A program made the translations under genes and the position numbers. 64,000 bases of DNA. Origin: Bifidobacterium breve (GTDB taxonomy: Bacteria; Actinomycetota; Acidimicrobiia; IMCC26256; JAENVU01). Where the stretch lies: contig CAMBEL010000002.1 of assembly GCA_945865605.1 (NCBI GenBank), forward strand, positions 24,473 through 88,472. Direction: 5' to 3'. Positions 8,723 through 16,728 of this stretch are shown in pieces (position 1 is the first letter of the stretch; each line of letters starts with the position of its first letter). Under the pieces are notes generated by a model. The model ran no database searches. It had not been told where the DNA came from and worked only from the letters and a program-made list of their open reading frames with translations.

Positions 8723-9894
8723 GCAATAACGATATCGAGGTGAGTGACCGCCTCCCGAAGGGCGGATTCGACTTGGTCGGGGGAGTCTGCGCGCGCAAAG
8801 AGAAAACCTAGGTAGCGATCGCCTTCGGGCAAGGGGACAACGCGATGACCAATCGGAATTGTGATCTCTAGTCCTACGACTCCCGGCACCCCGAGTGCTC
8901 GTTCGCGGCCGTTTACCGCGACCAACGTGCCTTCCTGTGCAATCGGGAGCATTGTCACGCCGGATGCGCTGCGCTCGCGCGCGAGGTCGGTCATAGGTAA
9001 GTTGAGAGCGTGTCGTAATACGACCTCCTCGAGACTGATCCCTGCGCCGAAACGAAGGGCACGCGCGCACAGGCCACCCACCGATCGGGATGCCACCTCG
9101 ATAACCCAGGCTTGGGCATCTTTGACGCGCACCTCGGCATGCACCGGTCCCTCGGTCAATCCCAATGCAACACAAGCAAGCGAAGCGGCCCGTTCTGCAG
9201 CCCCCAGGTCGCGAGGAACAAGCCGCGACGGTGTGACATACATCGTCTCTTCGAAATAGGGACCGACAAGTGGATCCGGCTTGTCGAAAATCGCAAGCAC
9301 CTCGAGCCGTCCATTCGTGAGCAAACCTTCGAGAGCAATCTCTACCCCGGGAACGTATTGCTCAACCAATAGTGGCCCGTCCCAAAATGTTGCGATACGG
9401 ATGCGGGCGGCCGACTCCTGCTCTGCCGTATCGGCGCGGATGACCCCTCGGCTTCCGGACAGTCCTGTTGGTTTCACAACACATGGGTATCCGACCTCCG
9501 CTCCCGATGATCCGAATCGAGGTTGGGTTACTTCGGATTTTGCAAGGCGCCTTCGCATCTCGGCTTTGTCGCGAGTCGCTGCGACCGAGTCGGGCGCACT
9601 GTGCGGAAAGCCGAGGCGTTCTCCGGCATGAGCGGCAGCAAGCGTTCCACCGTCATCGACAGCCACAACAGCATCGATCCCGTGTTCGCGGTCGAAAGCT
9701 TCGATTGCATCGGCCGCGGCCAACGGATCATCCAGCGGGATCTGGACAAGCCCGCGCCCGTTTCCCACGGGTGAAGGCATCTCGGTGCCAATTACCAAGT
9801 CAACCTCGATTGCCTTGGCGGCGGCGATGAAATCCTGGGCTCTATATGTGGCCGAGGGAACGAGGAGGAGAATCCTTGGCATACGGCCTATCAT
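8719..9894 (-). CDS. ATP-grasp domain protein (carboxylate-amine ligase type)
   Basis: ATP-grasp blocks YPCVVKPTGLSGSRGVIRAD, LLVEQYVPGVEIALEGLL and GPVHAEVRV...AWVIEVASRSVGG. The start could be M1 (9894) or M5 (9882). Confidence 0.8.
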   Translation of the reverse strand: MIGRMPRILLLVPSATYRAQDFIAAAKAIEVDLVIGTEMPSPVGNGRGLVQIPLDDPLAAADAIEAFDREHGIDAVVAVDDGGTLAAAHAGERLGFPHSAPDSVAATRDKAEMRRRLAKSEVTQPRFGSSGAEVGYPCVVKPTGLSGSRGVIRADTAEQESAARIRIATFWDGPLLVEQYVPGVEIALEGLLTNGRLEVLAIFDKPDPLVGPYFEETMYVTPSRLVPRDLGAAERAASLACVALGLTEGPVHAEVRVKDAQAWVIEVASRSVGGLCARALRFGAGISLEEVVLRHALNLPMTDLARERSASGVTMLPIAQEGTLVAVNGRERALGVPGVVGLEITIPIGHRVVPLPEGDRYLGFLFARADSPDQVESALREAVTHLDIVIA

Positions 9895-9900
9895 GGCCTC

Positions 9901-10524
9901 ATGAGCGACGCGATGACACCACTGTTGACCGTGACCGACGAAGCCCGCATCAAGATCATTGATGTTCGGGCGGCGGAACCGGAGTCGGAATCACTTGCAC
10001 TTTGGCTCGAGGTGAGCGGCGTGCAAGGGACGGCATACACGTACGAGATGTATTTCCGCAGACTCGATGAAGCAGGCGAGGACGAGGTAGTGCAGAGCGG
10101 CGATGACCTATGCGTTGTAGTTCCGAGTGCGGACGCGGAAAAAGTTCGGGGATCGACGCTGGATCTTTCAGGTGGCGGCATGGTTCTCCAGAATCCGAAT
10201 GTTCCCCAAGTTGGTCCTTCCGCCCCAGCGGCCGAACTCGACCTGAGCGATCCGATTGTCGCGCGCATCGTCGAGATACTTCAGACCGACATCAACCCAG
10301 CAATCGCGGCGCATGGTGGATATGCCGAATTGGTTGCGATTGAAGATTCGCGGGCATACATGCGCATGGGTGGGGGTTGCCAGGGCTGTGGCATGGCAGC
10401 GGCGACGCTCTCTCAAGGCATCGAGGTAGCGATTCTCGATGGTGTTCCTGAGATCACCGAAGTCATCGATGTCACCGATCACGCTTCAGGAACCAATCCG
10501 TATTACGAGAGTGCCAAGAAGTAG
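9901..10524 (+). CDS. NfuA-like Fe-S cluster carrier (degenerate A-type domain + Nfu domain)
   Basis: The C-terminal Nfu block IAAHGGYAELV...MGGGCQGCGMAAATL carries the CXXC. The N-terminal HesB/IscA-like domain has no Cys ligands, as in NfuA. Confidence 0.8.
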   Translation: MSDAMTPLLTVTDEARIKIIDVRAAEPESESLALWLEVSGVQGTAYTYEMYFRRLDEAGEDEVVQSGDDLCVVVPSADAEKVRGSTLDLSGGGMVLQNPNVPQVGPSAPAAELDLSDPIVARIVEILQTDINPAIAAHGGYAELVAIEDSRAYMRMGGGCQGCGMAAATLSQGIEVAILDGVPEITEVIDVTDHASGTNPYYESAKK

Positions 10525-10540
10525 GCAACAAACAAAGTGA

Positions 10541-11257
10541 CTAGGCGAAGCGCGTAGCGTCTTCGGATGCGTACCTGGAAACTGCGGCGTCGGCGATCGC
10601 ATTTTTTTCGATCGCTTCAATAATGGATCCCAGTTTCTCCGCCGGAATCGCGCACGTCATTTCTGTGGCCGCCATTCCCGTTCGGACTCGGCTCAATGCA
10701 CAACCAACACTTGCGGCTATCTCCCGCTGTTCCTTCGCTATCGCGACGATGTGACACTGAGGTTTACCTTCGATGCGCAACCCTGGGATTGCGTCTGACA
10801 AAACCATGAGTTGCTTACCGTTCACGCGGATGAAAACTACGTCGGGATCGAAAGATGTTTCAGTGAGTGGCCCGTATGTAACAGCCCCAGGCTTTTTTGT
10901 AATAACTGGAATGTGAGGCACTAGCTCCATCGTCACCCAACCGGAGCCGACCAATGCTGCAACGTCGTCGTTTCCAGCCACTTCGTCGAGAGTCTTGAAA
11001 CCGTGCGTCATGCTCCCAACGCTGCAGTTACCGTGATCTTGTTCAACCGTCGAGAAGGTGTTTGTTTCTCCGTGGATCCAAAAGACGCAACCCGCTGCCG
11101 CTCGTCCGGTCCTGCCATCGGCCAGGGGAGAGGGAATGGGAAGGCCACATGGTTTGACCCCATCTGGGGGCGCGTCGTGGAAAGTGATTGCTAGGGGAGC
11201 ATTTGCGAGATTCAGCGATCCCGAGAGCCGCCGTGCCAGTTCTGACCAGTTGTTCAT
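10541..11257 (-). CDS. Conserved hypothetical, probably DUF169 family
   Basis: 238 aa soluble protein. The pattern resembles my recollection of DUF169 (APLAITFHD..., GCVFW...CSVGSMTHGF, ASVGCALSRVRTG...EMTCAIP). The family assignment is tentative. Confidence 0.45.
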   Translation of the reverse strand: MNNWSELARRLSGSLNLANAPLAITFHDAPPDGVKPCGLPIPSPLADGRTGRAAAGCVFWIHGETNTFSTVEQDHGNCSVGSMTHGFKTLDEVAGNDDVAALVGSGWVTMELVPHIPVITKKPGAVTYGPLTETSFDPDVVFIRVNGKQLMVLSDAIPGLRIEGKPQCHIVAIAKEQREIAASVGCALSRVRTGMAATEMTCAIPAEKLGSIIEAIEKNAIADAAVSRYASEDATRFA

Positions 11258-11279
11258 TGGTTTGTTCTACCACGCATAA

Positions 11280-12413
11280 TTAATTGGTACCGAACAGGGC
11301 ACGGAGTTGTGTAACTACGCCCGAGAACTCGGAAATGAAGAGATCTATCTCGGCATCGGTTGTGTTCCAACCGATGCTCACTCGGAGCGAGTGGTCTGCA
11401 GCGACTCCCATAGCCATGAGCACTGGCGATGGTTCTAGGGATTCGCTTGAGCACGACGAGCCAGAGTGAATAGCGATGCCGCGTTGATCTAGGCCGAGCA
11501 AAATGGGTTCCGCTTCTACACCGTCCACGCCGAAACAGAGAATATTCGGGAGCCGATCTACTGAATCCCCAAATCTTGTGATGCCATTGACGTCATTCGA
11601 AATCGCCGTGAACGCTCGTTCAGTGTTACGACGCGCAATTTCTTCCTCTGAACTGAGGGTCACCGATACCTCGGCCGCAGCCGCACCGAATCCGACGATC
11701 GCAGGGATATTTTCTATCCCACCGCGCCGCGCGCGCTCTTGCGCACCTCCCAAGATCAAAGATGGGATACGAAGGCCGCGCCGCACAAGCAATGCGCCAG
11801 TGCCCTTCGGGCCACCCCACGTGTGTGCTCCTACGCTGCAGAGATCTGCGCCGAGCGCGGCGAAGTCGATCGGCACTTGACCAATAGCTGCGCACGCATC
11901 GACATGTACAAGGGCGCCGCTAGCGCGCGCAAGAGCACATACCTCTGCTGCGGGCTGCATGGTTCCAACTTCGTGATTGGCGAGTTGGATTGTTACGAGA
12001 GCAGTCGTCGGCGAGATGTTGGAATGGATCTCAGCCGGATCAAAACGTCCGTGGCGATCGACGCCAACCACAATGGTCTCGAGTTCCTCGCGGTGACACG
12101 CTTCGATGACGCTCGAATGTTCTACCGCCGTGGTGACTAGACGGGTTGGGTTCGCGCAGCGACGTACCGCCCCAAATATCGCGGCATTGACAGATTCGGA
12201 TCCACCCGAGGTAAAGATCACTTCGCGTGGACGTGCACCGAGTAAAGAAGCGACTTGTTCTCTCGCAAGTTCTACGGCCGATCGTGTCACCTTTCCCGGT
12301 CCATGAAGGCGTCCCGGGTCCGCATGATGTGCATGCAAAAAAGGCAACATCGCCTCTAGCGCGGACTCGCGTAGTGGTGATGCCGAAGCGTGGTCTAGGT
12401 AGGCGTTATTCAC
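11280..12413 (-). CDS. NifS/IscS-like class V aminotransferase-fold protein (cysteine desulfurase family) with the PLP lysine replaced
   Basis: Family blocks: YLDHASASP, FTSGGSESVN, AVEHSSV, HVDACAAIGQ and the active-site loop SGSSCSS. The usual (S/A)GHK motif reads GAHTWGGPKG: codon ACG at 11820-11822 where Lys is expected. Confidence 0.85.
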   Translation of the reverse strand: MNNAYLDHASASPLRESALEAMLPFLHAHHADPGRLHGPGKVTRSAVELAREQVASLLGARPREVIFTSGGSESVNAAIFGAVRRCANPTRLVTTAVEHSSVIEACHREELETIVVGVDRHGRFDPAEIHSNISPTTALVTIQLANHEVGTMQPAAEVCALARASGALVHVDACAAIGQVPIDFAALGADLCSVGAHTWGGPKGTGALLVRRGLRIPSLILGGAQERARRGGIENIPAIVGFGAAAAEVSVTLSSEEEIARRNTERAFTAISNDVNGITRFGDSVDRLPNILCFGVDGVEAEPILLGLDQRGIAIHSGSSCSSESLEPSPVLMAMGVAADHSLRVSIGWNTTDAEIDLFISEFSGVVTQLRALFGTN

Positions 12414-13129
12414 ACGCGGGCGACGCAGTGCGCGTCGCCTTCAGGTCGGCTTTGTTCGAAGTGCGGTTGTGTCTCACCGTAGAGGCCAGCCATTAGACCG
12501 CGTATGAGGCCGCGATCTACCGCGCACACAACATGTGGATACAACTGGGCAGCGTCGCCGAACGGGCAGTGTTCGGAAATGATCGTCATCGAATCACCGT
12601 GCTGTTCGGCGTGAGCGGCGAAACCATGTGCTGTTAGAGCGTCAGCCACTGTCGCGAGCGCGGCCTTGACCGATCGGTGACCCTCGCTGGGAGCGATGCG
12701 ATCCGCGAGCGAGCGTCCGTAGTCGTAGCCAACTTCTTCAGCCATGACGGACGCTTGATCTGGCGGCAATACTTCGAGCGCGCGTGCGAGCAGTGTTGCG
12801 AGAAGGTCGTCGCGTCGTGGAGGAAAGTTCAGTGAATGGTCGAGTTGAGTAACCCGGTATCTCTTCGATGGACGGCCTGCTGAACGAGCGCCTTCCGGCC
12901 GACCCATATCGACGACGAGATAGCCACCTGCAGTCAATTTTTCTAGATGGTGTCTCGCGACGTTTGGATGGAGTTCGAATCGTTCAGCGATCTCTCCTGC
13001 GGTTGCGCCTTCGGGAGCTTCACGTATTGCCAGATAGATCTCGCGTCGTGTTGTGTCGCCGAAAGCGTTGGTGACGGAGGTGACGGCGGCGCTGAATTCC
13101 GAGGCGTCGAGCGGTGCGGGCGAAGACAT
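12410..13129 (-). CDS. ArsR/SufR-like winged-helix regulator with a Cys-containing C-terminal domain
   Basis: wHTH block EIAERFELHPNVARHHLEKLTAGGYLVV. The C-terminal domain has three Cys (EHCPFG, VVCAVDRG, AHCVARV). Start set at the ATG at 13129 (MSSPAPLD). The longer ORF would collide with the divergent mrp start. ATGA-type 4-nt overlap with the nifS-like gene. Confidence 0.7.
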   Translation of the reverse strand: MSSPAPLDASEFSAAVTSVTNAFGDTTRREIYLAIREAPEGATAGEIAERFELHPNVARHHLEKLTAGGYLVVDMGRPEGARSAGRPSKRYRVTQLDHSLNFPPRRDDLLATLLARALEVLPPDQASVMAEEVGYDYGRSLADRIAPSEGHRSVKAALATVADALTAHGFAAHAEQHGDSMTIISEHCPFGDAAQLYPHVVCAVDRGLIRGLMAGLYGETQPHFEQSRPEGDAHCVARV

Positions 13130-13164
13130 CCCCGTTATTGTACCTATCTCCGTAGTAGTAAATC

Positions 13165-13179
13165 GCTGGCGCCGCCAGC
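13165..13179. promoter_or_regulatory. Perfect 7-1-7 palindrome GCTGGCG-C-CGCCAGC in the divergent regulator/mrp intergenic region (candidate operator)
   Basis: Read directly: 13165-13171 is the reverse complement of 13173-13179. It lies in the 68-bp gap between the regulator start (13129, minus) and the mrp start (13198, plus). Confidence 0.4.
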
Positions 13180-13197
13180 ACTCGGCAAGGAGACTCA

Positions 13198-14004
13198 ATG
13201 CCAGGCGAGAACCCGTTCACACACGCCAATACGAGGGTTATTGCGATTGCATCGGGCAAGGGTGGAGTCGGCAAGTCATCGGTAACGACGAACCTTGCAG
13301 TGTCGCTTGCGCGAATGGGCAAGCGCGTGGCGGCGCTCGACGCGGATGTATGGGGATTCTCGATGCCCAGGATGCTTGGCATTAGCGAGGCGCCGTCAAT
13401 CAAAGATGACAAGACGATGATTCCGCCTTCGTCCTTCGGGGTGCGTTGCATCTCGATGGGCTTCTTCGTTCCAGAAGATCAGGCCGTTGTTTGGCGAGGA
13501 CCAATGCTTCACAAGGCTCTCGAGCAATTTCTCACGGATGTTGATTGGGGAGAGCCTGAATATCTAATCGTCGACATGCCCCCTGGCACTGGAGACGTAG
13601 CGCTATCGCTAGCCGAGTTCTTGCCGCGCGCCGAAGTCGTGATCGTCACCACGCCGCAGCCCGCAGCACAGGCAGTCGCGCAACGCGCGGCGGCAATGGC
13701 CGACAAGGTCGATCTAGATGTCATCGGCGTAATCGAAAACATGAGCTTCTTCCGAGGCGATGACGACAAGGCCTATGAGATCTTTGGAAGTGGTGGAGGA
13801 CAAGACTTGGCTACTCGGCTCGAGGTGCCGCTGCTCGGACGTATTCCCTTGGTCAAAGAATTGCGAGAGGGTGGTGACATTGGGCGCCCGATAGTGGAAA
13901 CGGATCCGTCGGGTGAAACATCTCAAGTGTTCGGCGCGATTGCAACAGCCATCGATTCAATGGCGCCTAAACGCATTTACAAGAAAGAACTTCGCCTCTC
14001 CTGA
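13198..14004 (+). CDS. Mrp/ApbC/NBP35-family P-loop ATPase (no CXXC ligands)
   Basis: Deviant Walker A IASGKGGVGKSS. Blocks LIVDMPPGTGD and GVIENMSFF...IFGSGGG. AAGGAG Shine-Dalgarno upstream. The whole protein has a single Cys. Confidence 0.8.
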   Translation: MPGENPFTHANTRVIAIASGKGGVGKSSVTTNLAVSLARMGKRVAALDADVWGFSMPRMLGISEAPSIKDDKTMIPPSSFGVRCISMGFFVPEDQAVVWRGPMLHKALEQFLTDVDWGEPEYLIVDMPPGTGDVALSLAEFLPRAEVVIVTTPQPAAQAVAQRAAAMADKVDLDVIGVIENMSFFRGDDDKAYEIFGSGGGQDLATRLEVPLLGRIPLVKELREGGDIGRPIVETDPSGETSQVFGAIATAIDSMAPKRIYKKELRLS

Positions 14005-14163
14005 ACCCTCGTTGCAGCAGACTGATGCCGTCCCCAACATGTCAATGGCGCGGTAGCCCGGTTGGTCGCGCAGAGACGGCCTGCTCGTTATTTGGCCTAC
14101 TCCTACCGATGTTGGGCGGTTGACTGAGTGGCCACGTTTCGGACGCGACTTGGCCAACACGGC

Positions 14164-14187
14164 CCATATTCCATAAGCGGAATATGG
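14164..14187. promoter_or_regulatory. AT-rich inverted repeat CCATATTCC-N6-GGAATATGG upstream of the DUF3107 gene
   Basis: 9-bp perfect arms (14164-14172 and 14179-14187), 52 nt upstream of the ATG at 14240, inside a 235-bp intergenic region. It could be an operator or an RNA hairpin. Confidence 0.35.
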
Positions 14188-14239
14188 CGGGTGACCCGAC
14201 TACGCTGCGAGTCCGCTCGAATCGTCGGAGGATCGCCAA

Positions 14240-14467
14240 ATGGAAGTTCGAATCGGTGTCATTTACTCGCCCAAGGAACTTACAGTTGAGATAGATGGAT
14301 CTCCAGAACACCTAGTGGCGCTTGTCGAGAAAGCGATGGCTGAAGGGTCTCCGATCCTGTGGATCGAAGACGTCAAGGAACGTCGCGTCGGTGTCCCAGT
14401 CGACAAGATCGCTTACATAGAAGTGGCCGCTGGCGATGAGAGTCGCCGGGTCGGCTTCGGGAGATAA
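14240..14467 (+). CDS. Small conserved actinobacterial protein, DUF3107-like
   Basis: 75 aa. MEVRIGVIYSPKELTVEIDG... matches my recollection of DUF3107. GGAGGA Shine-Dalgarno upstream. It sits before the paired ArsA-like ATPases, as in mycobacterial genomes. Confidence 0.6.
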   Translation: MEVRIGVIYSPKELTVEIDGSPEHLVALVEKAMAEGSPILWIEDVKERRVGVPVDKIAYIEVAAGDESRRVGFGR

Positions 14468-14475
14468 TTCGCTCG

Positions 14476-15441
14476 ATGTTGCGTGCGCCCGATCTACTCG
14501 GGCGGCGTCTCCTGTTCTTCACCGGTAAAGGTGGGGTTGGCAAGAGCACCGTCACGGCGGCTATGGCGCTGCTGGCAGCTGAACGCGGCAAGCGCGTACT
14601 TGTTGTCGAGGTCGACGGCAAGAGTTCCATTGCGGACCGCTTCGAGACAGCGGAACTGTCGTTCACGCCGACCGGGGTGTATCCGAACGTATTCGCGATG
14701 GCAATGGATACGGAGGCAAGCCTCAGGGAGTATCTGAAGCTCAATCTGCGTGTCCCGATTGTTGGTGGATTGGGGCCGTTGGCGAAGGCGCTCGATTTCG
14801 TGGCCACCGCTGCTCCTGGCGTCAAGGAGATTCTCACGATCGGCAAGATTTGCTGGGAAGTGCGTGAATCTTTGGAAGGCCGTGCTGCGTGGGACCTTGT
14901 AGTCGTCGACGCGTCGGCGACAGGGCCTGTTGTTTCACAGTTGGGCGCGCCTGATGCAATTCGCGATGTCGTAGCTGTCGGCCCAGTCCGGTCACAAACG
15001 GATTGGATGAGTGCGCTGCTCGCCGACCCATCAATTACTGCGCTCAATATCGTCGCGACTGCCGAAGAACTTCCAGTTGCCGAAACGATTGATCTGGTTT
15101 CCCGCGTGCGGGAACAGTTAGATGTAAGTCTTGGCGCCGTTGTGGTCAATCAGGTTCTCCCCGCGCTGTTCACCCGGTCGGACGAGGTAGTTTTCGAGCG
15201 TCTCTGCGGTCCAGATGCACGCAAGGTGCTGGGAATAGCGGCTGGAGGAGATGTAGGCATAGTTCTCGAGGCGGCGAGGCTTGCCGAGTCGCTACGCGCA
15301 ACTCGTGCGATGCACTTGGAGCGATTGCGTGAGACGGTCGACCTTCCAATGCTGTTCCTGCCCTACTTGTTCGCGCGTTCACACGGATTGAGGGAGACGC
15401 GGCTAGTGGCAGACGCACTTAGAGCCGAACTCGGGCTGTGA
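14476..15441 (+). CDS. ArsA/Get3-family ATPase, paralogue 1
   Basis: P-loop FFTGKGGVGKST. ArsA-type blocks (VVVDASATGP). GTGA overlap with paralogue 2. The pair resembles the Rv3679/Rv3680-type arrangement. Confidence 0.8.
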   Translation: MLRAPDLLGRRLLFFTGKGGVGKSTVTAAMALLAAERGKRVLVVEVDGKSSIADRFETAELSFTPTGVYPNVFAMAMDTEASLREYLKLNLRVPIVGGLGPLAKALDFVATAAPGVKEILTIGKICWEVRESLEGRAAWDLVVVDASATGPVVSQLGAPDAIRDVVAVGPVRSQTDWMSALLADPSITALNIVATAEELPVAETIDLVSRVREQLDVSLGAVVVNQVLPALFTRSDEVVFERLCGPDARKVLGIAAGGDVGIVLEAARLAESLRATRAMHLERLRETVDLPMLFLPYLFARSHGLRETRLVADALRAELGL

Positions 15442-16691
15442 CTGCGGCTGACGAAGACTCCATCGAAGGCTCTCAGGCGAGATCAGGTGCTGAGTCGCTT
15501 CACAAGAGTCTTGAACCGCTATTGGCTTCGAAGAAGATCGTCGTGTTTTGCGGCTCTGGCGGTGTTGGCAAGACGTCGATTGCTGCCGCATCGGCACTAG
15601 CAGCAGCGGCGACAATGCCAGGGAAGGTTTTGGTACTAACAATTGATCCGGCCAAGCGACTAGCCGATTCCCTCGGGCTTAAAGAGATTGGAAATATCGA
15701 AACGCGTGTTCCTCAGACGGCATTTACTGCCGCCGGTCTTGAACCCCGCGGAGAACTCTGGGCCGCCATGCTCGATACGAAGGAGAGTTGGGATGCTTTA
15801 ATTCTTCGGCACGCGAGTGGTCCAGAGGCAGCGTCGAGGATCTTGCAGAATCGGCTGTATCACAACGTGACCGCGCGGTTTGCTCAGAGTCACGACTACA
15901 TCGCAATGGAGAGACTTTTTGAGGTCCATGAATCAGGTCGATACGACTTGATTGTGATTGATACTCCTCCAACACGTAACGCTCTCGACTTCCTCGACGC
16001 CCCAGCGCGAATGGCGGAGTTCTTTGGTGGTCGTCTCTTGCGATGGCTCACGCTGCCATATCGCGTGGGAGGTAAACGTGGCGCGCGATGGCTCAACTAT
16101 GCCAGCAAGCCCTTCTACCAAGTCGCCGACCGTCTTCTTGGGAACCAGTTTCTCGAAGACATCGCTGAGTTCTTCTTGAGTTTTCAAGAGATGTACGAAG
16201 CCTTTGTCACGCGTGCTCGTGCCGTCGAGCGACTGCTTCACGATAAGCGGACAACTTTCGCCGTGGTCACAACCCTCGAAGATGGCCCGTTGCACGAAGC
16301 GGAGTTGTTTTGCGCAGAACTAGAGAAGAGGAACCTTCACCTTGGATGCCTCGTGATCAACAAAGTCTTACCTTCATACCTCCTCTCGCATAGCGGTGTT
16401 CAAGCCGCGGACAAGTTGTCCTTTAACGCCGAGTCTGTAGCCGAACGCCTAGCTGCTACCTGTGGGTCTCCTTTCGATGACACAGCGCGTACCATTCGCG
16501 TACTTACAACAATTGGGGAATCCTTTAGGAACTTCACAGTGGTCGCTAGGCGCGAGTCCGAACTTCGCAGTCACCTCGGTAGACATGGCGAAGTGTTGAT
16601 CGAAGTGCCCGCTTTCGAGGTGGACATTGCCGACATCGATGGTCTTGCACGATTGGCAGAGTTCCTACTTCCTATTGAGCGAACGGTTTGA
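15438..16691 (+). CDS. ArsA/Get3-family ATPase, paralogue 2
   Basis: P-loop FCGSGGVGKTS and DPAKRLADSLG, IVIDTPPTRNALDFL. GTG start overlaps the upstream stop. Confidence 0.8.
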   Translation: MTAADEDSIEGSQARSGAESLHKSLEPLLASKKIVVFCGSGGVGKTSIAAASALAAAATMPGKVLVLTIDPAKRLADSLGLKEIGNIETRVPQTAFTAAGLEPRGELWAAMLDTKESWDALILRHASGPEAASRILQNRLYHNVTARFAQSHDYIAMERLFEVHESGRYDLIVIDTPPTRNALDFLDAPARMAEFFGGRLLRWLTLPYRVGGKRGARWLNYASKPFYQVADRLLGNQFLEDIAEFFLSFQEMYEAFVTRARAVERLLHDKRTTFAVVTTLEDGPLHEAELFCAELEKRNLHLGCLVINKVLPSYLLSHSGVQAADKLSFNAESVAERLAATCGSPFDDTARTIRVLTTIGESFRNFTVVARRESELRSHLGRHGEVLIEVPAFEVDIADIDGLARLAEFLLPIERTV

Positions 16692-16728
16692 ACGTTTCCT
16701 GATCTTGATGCGCCGGTAGCCTATTTAA

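Noticed and set aside
8723-9175. The 151-codon N-terminal extension of the raw 573-aa ORF containing the radical SAM gene
   Set aside because: It is extremely Arg/Pro/Ser/Gly-rich and fully overlaps the well-supported ATP-grasp gene in another frame. The internal ATG at 8722 gives a typical MKILLVS... start with an ATGA overlap to the upstream stop.
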